Assembly (NCBI GenBank): GCA_949300115.1
Contig: CASGDD010000040.1
Span: 1-56,298 of the forward strand
DNA length: 56,298 nt
Reading direction: 5' to 3'
From: an uncultured Oscillospiraceae bacterium
Lineage (GTDB): Bacteria; Bacillota; Clostridia; Oscillospirales; Ruminococcaceae
Shown: positions 46,437-55,365 of the stretch, piece by piece
Layout of the letters: each line of letters opens with the position of its first letter
Position numbering within the stretch: position 1 is the stretch's first letter
Notes under the pieces: generated by a model
Databases searched by the model: none
What the model saw: only the letters and a program-made list of their open reading frames with translations
What the model was told of the DNA's origin: nothing
Position numbers and translations under genes: made by a program

Positions 46437-47036
46437 ATGGATTTTGAACCCTTCGGCGTAGGCATTCGGCCGGGCGGGCTGCGCAGTTCCTATGAGATCA
46501 AAACACTCATCTGCTATCTGCTGGATGCGATGGGCGGAAGCATGACCCGCGACCAGATGAACACCATCTTCCAGGAAGGGCGCTATGTCAATTACTTTGA
46601 TTTTATCGAGGCGCTTGATTCGCTGCTTGCGACCGGACATGTGACCGAAGAGCCGGCGGGGACCCTGACGGTGACCGATCTCGGCAAAACCACCGCCCAT
46701 ATCCTCAGGCGCTCGCTGCCCCGGTCGGTGCGGGATGAGGTGGTCCGCATTGCCGCCGCCCTCTTTGTCCGGCTGCGCCGGGAGGCGGAGAATACCGTCG
46801 AGATCCGGGATGTGCCCGACGGGGTGATCCTGACCGTCAAAATTCACGACATCGGCTCCGATCTGCTTGCGCTCGAGCTCTTTTTGCCCGACCGCCTGCA
46901 GGCCGAGATGGCCTCCTCCATCTTCATGGAGGATCCCAGCGTGCTCTACAAGGGGGTTATCGCCCTCCTCACCCGCGACCGCGAAACCGTCCGCGACCTC
47001 CTGGCCGTGCTCGAGAAGGAGGAAAAGCAGCCGTAG
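46437..47036 (+). CDS. DUF4364 family protein
   Basis: GGGGAGG RBS. The N-terminus (IKTLICYLLDAMGGSMTRDQMNTIF...NYFDFIEALDSL) matches my recollection of DUF4364 proteins, which are common in Clostridia. Confidence 0.7.
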   Translation: MDFEPFGVGIRPGGLRSSYEIKTLICYLLDAMGGSMTRDQMNTIFQEGRYVNYFDFIEALDSLLATGHVTEEPAGTLTVTDLGKTTAHILRRSLPRSVRDEVVRIAAALFVRLRREAENTVEIRDVPDGVILTVKIHDIGSDLLALELFLPDRLQAEMASSIFMEDPSVLYKGVIALLTRDRETVRDLLAVLEKEEKQP

Positions 47037-47080
47037 TATACGGCTCTCCGGACCGTTTGGTTCCGTTTTCGGTGAAGGAA

Positions 47081-47110
47081 GCTCGAAAGAGCGGTTCGAG
47101 CGGTCTTTTT
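47081..47110 (+). terminator. Intrinsic terminator after the DUF4364 gene
   Basis: GCTCGAA-N7-TTCGAGC followed by GGTCTTTTT. Confidence 0.6.
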
Positions 47111-47123
47111 GGGAGATCAAATG

Positions 47124-47159
47124 GAAGAGGGGACCATCCTCAGGGATGGCCCCCTCTTC
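47124..47159. terminator. 16-bp hairpin between convergent genes (probable terminator for the YfcC gene)
   Basis: GAAGAGGGGACCATCC-TCAG-GGATGGCCCCCTCTTC (one mismatch). No clean U-tract on either side. Confidence 0.45.
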
Positions 47160-47181
47160 GCGCAAAGGGTGGAGGGTTCTA

Positions 47182-48570
47182 TCAGAATGGACCCAGTGGA
47201 ATGGCATTGGCCAGGAAGAGCGTGCAGCACGCGAGAAGCAGCATGGCGCCAAAGAATGGCCCGAAGAATTTATACCAGCGCTGCAGAGAAAAGCGTCCCA
47301 GGCCGCACATAATGGCGATACTGCTGGTTGGCCAGATGAGGTTGGAGAATCCATCGCCCAGCTGGAAGGCCAGCACCGAAACCTGTCGGTTGATTTCCAG
47401 CAGATCACCCAGCGGAATCATAATGGGCATTGAGGCCGACGCCTGTGCCGATCCGGAAGGGATGAAGAAGTTGATCAGCATCTGGACAAAGAACATACCG
47501 ACCGGCAGAAGCGCCTGCGGCAGTGCGCGTACGGCGAGGAAGAGGGTGTAGACAACGGTATCGATGATGAGCGTGTCGGTCATGGCAACCAGAATGGAGC
47601 GTGCAAGACCGATGGCAACGACGCCGAGCATGATGTCACGGAAACCCTCAACGACCAGTGCGACAAATTGTTTGGTGTTGTAGCGCATCAGAAGCGCACT
47701 GAAGACGCCGCCCATCAGAAAGAGCGCGCCGATCTCCTTAAAATACCACCCGAGCGTCATGGCGCCGTAGATCATGCACAGGACGATGACGGCGAAGCCG
47801 ATCATAATCGTCTTCTGTTTCCAGCCAAAGTCAAAATGATGTTTGGTATCCATCAGATCGCTGTAGTCGATGTCGGACACCAGACTTTTGATTTTGCCCT
47901 TTTCCAGCCGGCTGGCATAGCGCATCACCCACCAGATATAGAGCACGAGCAGAATGACATAGAGAATGCTGCGGAACCAGGCGCCCGAAAACATCGGCAG
48001 CTCGGCGATCTGCTGGGCGACGCCAAGCGTATAGGGGTTAAAGGCGGATGCCGCAAAGCCAAGTGAAACGGCGCCGCCCGAGATCGCAACACCGATCATG
48101 CCATCATAACCCACCATGATCGAGGTCGCGACAAACAGCGGGACCAGCGGGTAAATATCCTCGGTTTCACCGTAGGAAAAGCCGCAGAGGGAAACGGCGA
48201 TGATCATCAGCGGCAGGATGAGATTTTTCCGGCGGCCCAGGAAATGGATCAGCGAACTGATGGCGCCGGTGAAAGAGCCGCTCTCTGTGATGACGCGGAT
48301 ATAAAAGCTGGAGAAGAAACAGAGCATGATGATGTCGCTTGCGTCGATAAAGCCCTGAAAGATGCATTCGAAGATGCCCAGAGGGGTGAGATAGACCTTG
48401 TCGACCGTGTGGTAGCTCTCACCGTCCACGATGGTGATACCGCTGACAGGGTCGACCGTGCGGTCGAATTGACCGGCGGGAATGAAATAGCTGCAGATGA
48501 CAATCAGCAAAAAGACAAAGAAAATGGTTGCGATCGGTGACGAGAAGACCGCCTGGATCCGTTTTCTCAT
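47182..48570 (-). CDS. YfcC/DcuC-type (C4-dicarboxylate anaerobic carrier family) transporter
   Basis: ATG at 48570 has a GGAGG RBS. About 12 TM segments. N-terminus (FIPAGQFDR...) and the GETEDIYPLVPLF region are typical of YfcC-family permeases. Confidence 0.8.
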   Translation of the reverse strand: MRKRIQAVFSSPIATIFFVFLLIVICSYFIPAGQFDRTVDPVSGITIVDGESYHTVDKVYLTPLGIFECIFQGFIDASDIIMLCFFSSFYIRVITESGSFTGAISSLIHFLGRRKNLILPLMIIAVSLCGFSYGETEDIYPLVPLFVATSIMVGYDGMIGVAISGGAVSLGFAASAFNPYTLGVAQQIAELPMFSGAWFRSILYVILLVLYIWWVMRYASRLEKGKIKSLVSDIDYSDLMDTKHHFDFGWKQKTIMIGFAVIVLCMIYGAMTLGWYFKEIGALFLMGGVFSALLMRYNTKQFVALVVEGFRDIMLGVVAIGLARSILVAMTDTLIIDTVVYTLFLAVRALPQALLPVGMFFVQMLINFFIPSGSAQASASMPIMIPLGDLLEINRQVSVLAFQLGDGFSNLIWPTSSIAIMCGLGRFSLQRWYKFFGPFFGAMLLLACCTLFLANAIPLGPF

Positions 48571-48616
48571 CTTCAGGCCTCCTTTCGGCTGTATGCTGCG
48601 GGATATGAGGCCGTTT

Positions 48617-49798
48617 TTACAGCCCGCGGTATTCCTTGTGCCTGCGCTGGATCTCGGCCAGAAGCTCCGGCTCCAAAGCCATCCGGAGACCGATCGAGCC
48701 GAGAACGATGGCACCGTTGCGCAGGGCCGCATAGCCGGTTTCGGATTTCATCAGCTTGGTGAAAGCCAGATCGTGGTTGGGAACGGTGGCGCCGCCGGAA
48801 GCGCAGATGTAGGGGTGGAAGATGGGCGTATGCTGGTCGACGTTGCCGACATCGCTGGAACCGGCGGGAACGTCCTTGAAGGTGTACGATTCACCCATTG
48901 CGTCGAAGATCTCGGTGACGGCCTTGCGGCTGACCGGATTTTGGAAAACGTCGGCGTAGGTTTCGTACTGCTGGACCCATTCGACGGTCGCGTCGGTGGC
49001 CAGCGCGGCGCCCTGCATCGACTTGATCGCCTTCTGGTTGAGATCCTCCAGCTCCTTCAGCGTCTGTGCACGATAGTAGTAGTTGAGCTCCACCAGTTCC
49101 GGGACGGCGCTGGGGATATAGCCGCCCTTGACCACAATGCCGTGGATTTGGCTGTTGCGCGGGATATGCTGGCGCCACATGTCCATGGCATCCATAAACA
49201 GACGGGCCGCGTTGAGCGCGTTGATCCCCGCACAGGGATTGCCGGACGCGTGGGCCGAGCGTCCGTGGAAGGTGATATAGTGGTCGTTGGAAGCGAGAGC
49301 GGTGGTATCGGGCATATTTACGTCCGAAAGATGGGCCATCGCGGCAAATTCGTAGCCGTCGAAGGCGCCGGCGTCTGCCAGATAGACCTTGCCGCCCGGG
49401 TATTCTTCGCCGGGAGTTCCCATAATATCGATGCGGATAGGCAGGTCGGGATAGGCGTCCCGGATGGCCAATGCGGCCAAGAGGCTGATGGCGCTGCTGA
49501 TCGAATGCCCGCAGGCGTGGCCGATCTCCGGCAGGGCGTCGGTTTCACACATGAAGACCGCCCGGGGTCCGTTGTCATCCAGCCGTTTTTTGTCCACGGC
49601 CAGGAAGGAGGATTCCACGCCGCGGCAGGGCGCGGTAATCGCATACCCTTCCTTTTCCAGCATCGCACAAATCCGGGAGACGGCCAAAGGATTCTGCAGG
49701 CCGGTTTCCGGGTGATCGGTCATATAATCGGCGACCTCTTTGCAGCGGTCAAAGAACACATCAATCCGGTTTAAGAATGCGGTATCCAGCTGATACAT
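48617..49798 (-). CDS. M20-family amidohydrolase/peptidase (AbgB-like)
   Basis: Segments align by eye with E. coli AbgB: DHPETG, GHACGHS, GTPGEE, FHGRSAHASGNP and SSDVGNV. AAAGGTGG RBS. Confidence 0.85.
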   Translation of the reverse strand: MYQLDTAFLNRIDVFFDRCKEVADYMTDHPETGLQNPLAVSRICAMLEKEGYAITAPCRGVESSFLAVDKKRLDDNGPRAVFMCETDALPEIGHACGHSISSAISLLAALAIRDAYPDLPIRIDIMGTPGEEYPGGKVYLADAGAFDGYEFAAMAHLSDVNMPDTTALASNDHYITFHGRSAHASGNPCAGINALNAARLFMDAMDMWRQHIPRNSQIHGIVVKGGYIPSAVPELVELNYYYRAQTLKELEDLNQKAIKSMQGAALATDATVEWVQQYETYADVFQNPVSRKAVTEIFDAMGESYTFKDVPAGSSDVGNVDQHTPIFHPYICASGGATVPNHDLAFTKLMKSETGYAALRNGAIVLGSIGLRMALEPELLAEIQRRHKEYRGL

Positions 49799-49860
49799 GA
49801 AAAAACCACCTTTCCGTTCGCGTTTCAAGGGATGGGGATGGGCAAAAATAGTCGGAATGC

Positions 49861-49889
49861 TTGCTACAGTGCGGGTTCGATGTTATACT
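49861..49889 (+). promoter_or_regulatory. Sigma-A promoter (TTGCTA-17-TGtTATACT) of the GntR gene
   Basis: Boxes lie in the divergent intergenic region, 54 nt upstream of the ATG at 49943. Confidence 0.6.
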
Positions 49890-49942
49890 TTGAAATATAT
49901 GGGATCCCTGGTACATTAAAAAAGAAAATGGAGCTAGATGTT

Positions 49943-50584
49943 ATGCCGGATCAACAATCTTTGCGGGATCAGGTTGTGCGCCACATTCTCATGCAAATCC
50001 AGTATCTACAGTTGCTGCCGGGCCAGATCATCAATGAGGTAGCGCTGGCCAAGGAACTCCATGTGAGCAGAACCCCGGTGCGGGAAGCGATGATTCGTCT
50101 GGTTGCGGATGGCGTCTTGGTCAAGGTGCCCCGCAAAGGATACCAACTTGTGGAAGCAGATCGCCAACAGATCGACAATACCCATGAGATTATCGCGGTG
50201 CTGGACGGATATGCCGCAGCGATCGCGCTGCCTCGGATCACACAAAAGGATCTCCTGCACATGCATGAGGTGGTGGACAAGATCGATATAGCCATTCGCT
50301 ACCGGAATTTTCCGGAGTACTATGCGCTGCAGGAAGAATTCCACGATATATATGTCCATAAATGCGGAAATTCGATCCTGATCCAGATGCTCAAAAACCT
50401 CAAAGGCGGACCCGTGCGCCAGACCTACTTCAGCAGCGATGAGGAAAAACTGTTTCACGTGCTGGAGGAAGGACAGATGCAGCACCGGGAGATCATTCGC
50501 CTTTTTGAGCAGGGGGATGCCGCCAAACTGGAACGCTATCTGCGCGAGGTGCATTGGCACACAGCGTATCCCGACATGATTTGA
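49943..50584 (+). CDS. GntR-family transcriptional regulator (FadR/FCD-type C-domain)
   Basis: Winged HTH (LPGQIINEVALAKELHVSRTPVREAMIRLVADGVLVKVPRKGY) and a helical FCD-like C-terminus. GGAG lies 9 nt upstream of the ATG at 49943; an alternative ATG lies at 49928. Confidence 0.85.
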   Translation: MPDQQSLRDQVVRHILMQIQYLQLLPGQIINEVALAKELHVSRTPVREAMIRLVADGVLVKVPRKGYQLVEADRQQIDNTHEIIAVLDGYAAAIALPRITQKDLLHMHEVVDKIDIAIRYRNFPEYYALQEEFHDIYVHKCGNSILIQMLKNLKGGPVRQTYFSSDEEKLFHVLEEGQMQHREIIRLFEQGDAAKLERYLREVHWHTAYPDMI

Positions 50585-50599
50585 ATCGGAAGAGAAGGA

Positions 50600-50636
50600 G
50601 AATACGCCGAAAGGAAACCTTTCGGCGTATTCCTTT
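50600..50636. terminator. Bidirectional intrinsic terminator
   Basis: Perfect 15-bp stem GAATACGCCGAAAGG/CCTTTCGGCGTATTC with an AAA loop, between the convergent gntR and MFS genes. Confidence 0.8.
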
Positions 50637-50641
50637 CGCGT

Positions 50642-51916
50642 TTATTGGGCGGAGGAGGAAGTTTCTTTACGGATGCGGCTGTTCTTCAGCTTGAGGGCAA
50701 TGAGGGACAGCACCAGCAGGGCAACACAGAGACCACCGTAGAAGGTGAAGATGCTCGCATAGCCGGCATCGCCCTGGCGATCGAGGAAGCCGCCCAGCAG
50801 CGGTCCGAAGAAGAGGTCGGGGGTATAGCCCACGATCGAAACGAGGCCGATGGCCGTTCCGGTGTAGGCGAGCGGGACCTTAAATTCCTCGTACAGCGAA
50901 CTTGCCAGCCCATAGACGGCGAGCATAAAGGCGGACGGCAGCAGAGAGAGCACGCCCAGGACAAAGACGTTGATGTCGGTATACATCAAGGCCAGCATCG
51001 CGAAAGCGGCGACGCCTGCACAGGTACCGCAGATCGCAAACATCTTGACGGTGGATTTGAGTTTGTCGGCGAAGAATCCCCCGATGTAGGATGCGACACA
51101 CATCATATAGGTGACGCGGATGAGGCTAAATTGCGAGCCCCAGTATTCATCCATGCCTTTGACGTTGACAAGGAAGTTGGAGTAGTAGAAGGAGTTTTGA
51201 TAGAGGCCGTAAGCACAGAAGAGCATCAGGGCGATAAACCAGACAAGGGGATTTTTGACGACGTCCACAACCTTTTTAAGCTGGAAGGCGTTGGGGTTGT
51301 TGGCACGTTCGGCGGCGGAGACCTTTGCAGGCTCTTCCAACATGAAGTGGCAGGCGAGACCGGCGATCAGGTTCATGGTCGCGTTGCCGAGCAGGATGAC
51401 GCGGAGGCCCAGCTGTTGGTCGGCAAAGCTGTTGAAGGTAAGCAGCCAGATGTTGTTCACGACGATGGAAATCAGGCCCTGGGCGGAGTAGAAGAAACCG
51501 TAGGTTTTGCCCTGGTTGTCGCTGTCACCGATGGAACGGACCGCCTTGAGGTTGGAGGACCAAAACACAAAGGTGGTGGAGAACGCAAGCAGGAAATAGA
51601 GAATCCGTGCGTAGGTGAAGTTCATGACGAAGGCGAAGGACGCGACCAGCACAGAGGTGGAGAACAGCGACCAGGTGATGCATTTTTTATAGTTCCAGCG
51701 GTCGCTCATAATGCCGCCGGGAATGTAGAGCAGCATACATCCCATGGCGAAAAAGCTGACGAGGGATCCGAGCTCGGCGTTGGAGCATTGAAGGGTTTCC
51801 AGAAGGGGGTTGTAATAGACGGCGCGCAGATAGGGCAGGAAGTAGACCGATCCTTGCCCCAGGGCCAGGAAGGTCAAAATTAGGTACTTTCTGGACTTGT
51901 TGGATTTGGTACTCAT
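50642..51916 (-). CDS. MFS transporter
   Basis: 12 TM segments and an MFS loop 2-3 motif (GGIMSDRWNYKK). AAAGGAGGT RBS. Confidence 0.85.
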   Translation of the reverse strand: MSTKSNKSRKYLILTFLALGQGSVYFLPYLRAVYYNPLLETLQCSNAELGSLVSFFAMGCMLLYIPGGIMSDRWNYKKCITWSLFSTSVLVASFAFVMNFTYARILYFLLAFSTTFVFWSSNLKAVRSIGDSDNQGKTYGFFYSAQGLISIVVNNIWLLTFNSFADQQLGLRVILLGNATMNLIAGLACHFMLEEPAKVSAAERANNPNAFQLKKVVDVVKNPLVWFIALMLFCAYGLYQNSFYYSNFLVNVKGMDEYWGSQFSLIRVTYMMCVASYIGGFFADKLKSTVKMFAICGTCAGVAAFAMLALMYTDINVFVLGVLSLLPSAFMLAVYGLASSLYEEFKVPLAYTGTAIGLVSIVGYTPDLFFGPLLGGFLDRQGDAGYASIFTFYGGLCVALLVLSLIALKLKNSRIRKETSSSAQ

Positions 51917-51989
51917 TCCATCTTACCTCCTTTGGATCGTTTGCACACCTCCGGGCGGAGCCGCGCAGCTGCATGAATGGATGGGCATT

Positions 51990-54086
51990 CTATGAGAGGG
52001 GGGCGTCGGTTACCACAACCGCATCGGCAGAACAGACACCTTTTTCATAGACGAACAGGGGATTGAGATCCAGCTCGAGCAGTGCATCCTTGTGTTCGGT
52101 AGCCAGCTGGGAAACGGACAGAAGTGCATCGATCAACGCCTCGGTATCGAGTGGCGCGTTTCCCCGGTAGCCCTTGAGAAGGACGGAACCTTTCAGCCGG
52201 TCGATCATCTGCCGGGCTTCCTCTCGGGAAAGCGGAGCCAGGGCCAGGGCGGTATCCTTGAAAATCTCGACAAAAACACCGCCAAGACCGACAAGCACTG
52301 CCGGACCGAAGGAGGGATCACTGCTGACGCCGAGAATCATTTCGGTACCCCATGGCACCATATGCTGCACCAATACACCACCGATTTGGGCATCCGGGTG
52401 GTGGGTTTGTGCATTTTGCAGAATCCGGTCATAGGCCTTCGCAACAGCCTCCGGATGCTTGAGATCCAGCTGCACACAGCCGCAGTCGGATTTGTGGAGA
52501 ATATCCGGTGAGTCGATCTTCATGACGACAGGGTAGCCAACCCGTTCGGCAATGTCGACCGCCTGTTCGCTGGAGCACGCGATATCCTCCTGTGGGACGG
52601 GGATGCCGAAGGTGGCGACGAACTGTTTGCCGGCATGTTCATTCAGCGCATACCGTTTGCCGGTGTGTGGCCGGTCGGGGATCGCGAGCGACAGATCATA
52701 CTGGCTGGGATCATAGGCGACAAAGTCGGCAAGATAGCGCAGGATGCGCAGGCCATAGCAGGGCGGCGGCAGCATGGCCACCCCACAGGCTTCCAGCTTG
52801 GCGCTGTATTCGGCGTTGCGTGTGTTGCCGACGAAGGGCAGCATGGCCATGGGTTTGCAGTCCGGATCCCGGCTGACGATCTCCATCGCAGCTGCCATGT
52901 ATTCGATGGCCGGATCGGCAATTTTCTGCAGCAGGGTGTAGCCGGCGACAACCATACCAACGTTGGGATCACCCATAACGGCGCGCAGGGCGGCGGCATA
53001 GCCCTCGGTGTCATAGGAGAGGGTAGCTGTCATATCGAGCGGATTGGCGGGAGAGGCATAACCGGGCAGCAGATCGCGAAGCTTCTGGAGCGTTTCGGGT
53101 GCGAAATCCGGATAGACGATGCCGCAGAGTTCACCCACGTCGGCACAGATACCGGTTTCGCCACCCGACAGATTCATCGATGCAAAGGTGGGACATGCGG
53201 GCAGTTTGGGCAGGACGGAGAACAGCTGGGCCGTATAGCGGAGCTCTTCCAGATCGTTGACACGGATGACACCGAACTTGGCGAACAGTGCGTCGAAAAT
53301 GCGGTCGGCGCCGGCTAAACTGCCGGTATGGGAGGCCGCCAACCGGCCGCCTTTTTCCGACCGACCGGCTTTCAGGATGACGATGGGTTTACGTTTGAGA
53401 GCGGCACGACGCAATGCATCGGCCAGCTTGGTGGGATTGCGGACCCCTTCGAGATAGACCGCCACAACCTTGGTGTCCTCGTCGTCCACCAGAAAGGAGA
53501 TGTAGTCCTCCATCTCGGTGACAGCGCAGTTACCGGATGAGATCGAGTAGGAAAAGCGGATATCCGGGCTGTCCATCAGGGAGAGGCAGAGCTGGCCGCT
53601 CTGGGAGACAAAGCCGATGGAGCCCCGCCGGTCGCGCTCTTCCGAAAGGAAGGCAAACGGATAGACACGGTCGATATAGTTGACAAACCCCGCACAGTTG
53701 GGACCCATCAGTGCGATATCCAGCTCGTTGCAGAGCCGGACCAGCGACTGCTGCGCGGCGAGGCCTTCGGGGGTTCCGATTTCCTTGTAGCCGCTCGCAT
53801 AGACGACCGCGCCGTGCGCCCCCTTGGCTGCGGCTTCCCGCAGCAGCCCCTCTACCGTGTGCGCGGGGGTGCAGATGACCACGAGGTCGAAGGAGCCGGG
53901 AATCGAAGCCATATCGGGATAGGCCTTGATGCCGAAGACGGTATCCCGCTTGGGATTGACGAAAAAGACCCGGGAGGGATCCATATAGGTGAGGATATTG
54001 CGGCAGGTATCGCCACCGAAACCGGTGCGTTCACTGGCGCCGACAATGCAAATCTTGTTGGGTTTGAGCAGCTGGTTGAGATTCAC
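51990..54086 (-). CDS. ADP-forming acyl-CoA synthetase (fused alpha+beta; acetate--CoA ligase family)
   Basis: N-terminal CoA-binding domain (KICIVGASERTG), succinyl-CoA-synthetase-like middle and a C-terminal ATP-grasp (VVMKIDSPDILHKSDCGCV). GTG start with an AAGGGGGGA RBS. Confidence 0.85.
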   Translation of the reverse strand: MNLNQLLKPNKICIVGASERTGFGGDTCRNILTYMDPSRVFFVNPKRDTVFGIKAYPDMASIPGSFDLVVICTPAHTVEGLLREAAAKGAHGAVVYASGYKEIGTPEGLAAQQSLVRLCNELDIALMGPNCAGFVNYIDRVYPFAFLSEERDRRGSIGFVSQSGQLCLSLMDSPDIRFSYSISSGNCAVTEMEDYISFLVDDEDTKVVAVYLEGVRNPTKLADALRRAALKRKPIVILKAGRSEKGGRLAASHTGSLAGADRIFDALFAKFGVIRVNDLEELRYTAQLFSVLPKLPACPTFASMNLSGGETGICADVGELCGIVYPDFAPETLQKLRDLLPGYASPANPLDMTATLSYDTEGYAAALRAVMGDPNVGMVVAGYTLLQKIADPAIEYMAAAMEIVSRDPDCKPMAMLPFVGNTRNAEYSAKLEACGVAMLPPPCYGLRILRYLADFVAYDPSQYDLSLAIPDRPHTGKRYALNEHAGKQFVATFGIPVPQEDIACSSEQAVDIAERVGYPVVMKIDSPDILHKSDCGCVQLDLKHPEAVAKAYDRILQNAQTHHPDAQIGGVLVQHMVPWGTEMILGVSSDPSFGPAVLVGLGGVFVEIFKDTALALAPLSREEARQMIDRLKGSVLLKGYRGNAPLDTEALIDALLSVSQLATEHKDALLELDLNPLFVYEKGVCSADAVVVTDAPLS

Positions 54087-54098
54087 CGGTTTCCCCCC

Positions 54099-54635
54099 TT
54101 ACAGGCGCTGACATTCGGCGTATCCACGTTCGAAGCAGAGCGCGTTTTTCGGATTGCTGCGCCCTTTAGAAGCAAAGAACTCATCAATCCCTGCGGCAAG
54201 AACCGGCTTGTCGAACAACCGTCCGGCGGAAGCAAAGGCGCCGAGCATGACGATATTGGCACCGCGCAGGTTGTGTTCCGCTTCGGCAATATCGGTGGCG
54301 GGGATGCCGAGCACCTCGATATCCTCGCGATAGGCGATATCTTTGACCAGCGTTGTGTTGACAACCAGCAGCCCGCCTGTGCGCATCAGCGGCATGAATT
54401 TGCTTACCGAAGGGATATTCATCGCAAGCAGGATATCGCTGTGCTTGATAAAGGGGCTGGGCACCTTGCCGTCTGAAATGCGGACGTTGCAGTTGGCGGT
54501 ACCCCCGCGCATTTCACTGCCGTAGGAAGGAATCCACGAGACATTTTTGCCGTTGTTCATACCGGTTTTGGCCAAGATCAGTCCTGCGGCCAGGACCCCC
54601 TGTCCGCCGAATCCGGCACAGATGATATCAGCCAT
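54099..54635 (-). CDS. 2-oxoacid:ferredoxin oxidoreductase, gamma subunit
   Basis: GFGGQGVLAAG...SYGSEMRGGTANC is the canonical gamma-subunit motif. Confidence 0.85.
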   Translation of the reverse strand: MADIICAGFGGQGVLAAGLILAKTGMNNGKNVSWIPSYGSEMRGGTANCNVRISDGKVPSPFIKHSDILLAMNIPSVSKFMPLMRTGGLLVVNTTLVKDIAYREDIEVLGIPATDIAEAEHNLRGANIVMLGAFASAGRLFDKPVLAAGIDEFFASKGRSNPKNALCFERGYAECQRL

Positions 54636-55365
54636 CCTGCTCCCCCCATTTCTTAAACTCACCCAACGGATAGACCGGGATGACGGCGTTTTGGATATGT
54701 TCGAGCGCCTGCAGGGGCTCCATGCCCCAGTTGGTGGGACAGGGGGTCAGTACTTCGACGAAGGAGTAGCCGATGCCCTTTTCCTGTGCTTCAAAAGCGG
54801 TACGGATATACTGCTTGAGTTTGAGAATTTCCGCATTGCTGGTGACCGTGCCGCGCGCCAGGTAGGCAACATGCAGCGGCATCATCAACTCGATGATGTT
54901 CATCGGCTCGCCGGTTGTGCGGATGTCCCGCCCCTTCGGCGAGGTGGTTGTGCGCTGACCCTCCAGGGTGGTCGGAGCCATCTGGCCGCCGGTCATGCCG
55001 AAATTGCCGTTGTTGACAAAGATGACGGTGATCGGTTCGTTGCGGATCGCCGCATAAAAGGTTTCCGAAAAGCCGATCGCCAATGCGTCGCCATCCCCCT
55101 GGTAGGCAAAGACAACCTTGTCTGGCCGGCAGCGTTTCATGCCGGTCGCCACCGCGGCCGCCCGTCCGTGTTGGGCCTGGACACAGTCGATGCCAAAGGT
55201 GTCGGGCATCAGCGAGGAACATCCGACGGCAATGGCGGCGAGTGCATCGCCGTCCCGCCCGGATTCCTCCAAAACCTCGGCGATCAGACGGTTGACAATC
55301 CCGTGGCCGCATCCGGGACAATACTTGTTGTCGATAAAACAGGCCTTTGGCCTCAGTCTTGTCAC
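54628..55365 (-). CDS. 2-oxoacid:ferredoxin oxidoreductase, beta (TPP-binding) subunit
   Basis: CPGCGHG and the TPP motif GDGDALAIG...NNGNFGMTGGQ. GTG start overlaps the alpha-subunit stop. Confidence 0.9.
   Translation of the reverse strand: MTRLRPKACFIDNKYCPGCGHGIVNRLIAEVLEESGRDGDALAAIAVGCSSLMPDTFGIDCVQAQHGRAAAVATGMKRCRPDKVVFAYQGDGDALAIGFSETFYAAIRNEPITVIFVNNGNFGMTGGQMAPTTLEGQRTTTSPKGRDIRTTGEPMNIIELMMPLHVAYLARGTVTSNAEILKLKQYIRTAFEAQEKGIGYSFVEVLTPCPTNWGMEPLQALEHIQNAVIPVYPLGEFKKWGEQDG

Noticed and set aside
47081-47110. A GGTTCGAGC sequence reminiscent of a tRNA T-arm.
   Set aside because: It is the 3' arm of a simple terminator hairpin. No acceptor stem, D-arm or anticodon arm can be drawn around it. 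I saw no tRNA or rRNA anywhere in the window.
48497-49774. A 425-aa plus-strand ORF, and a 412-aa plus-strand ORF at 50645-51883.
   Set aside because: They are antisense to the M20 amidohydrolase and the MFS transporter, which both have clear motifs and RBSs. The translations are Gly/Asp/Val/His-rich with no family resemblance.
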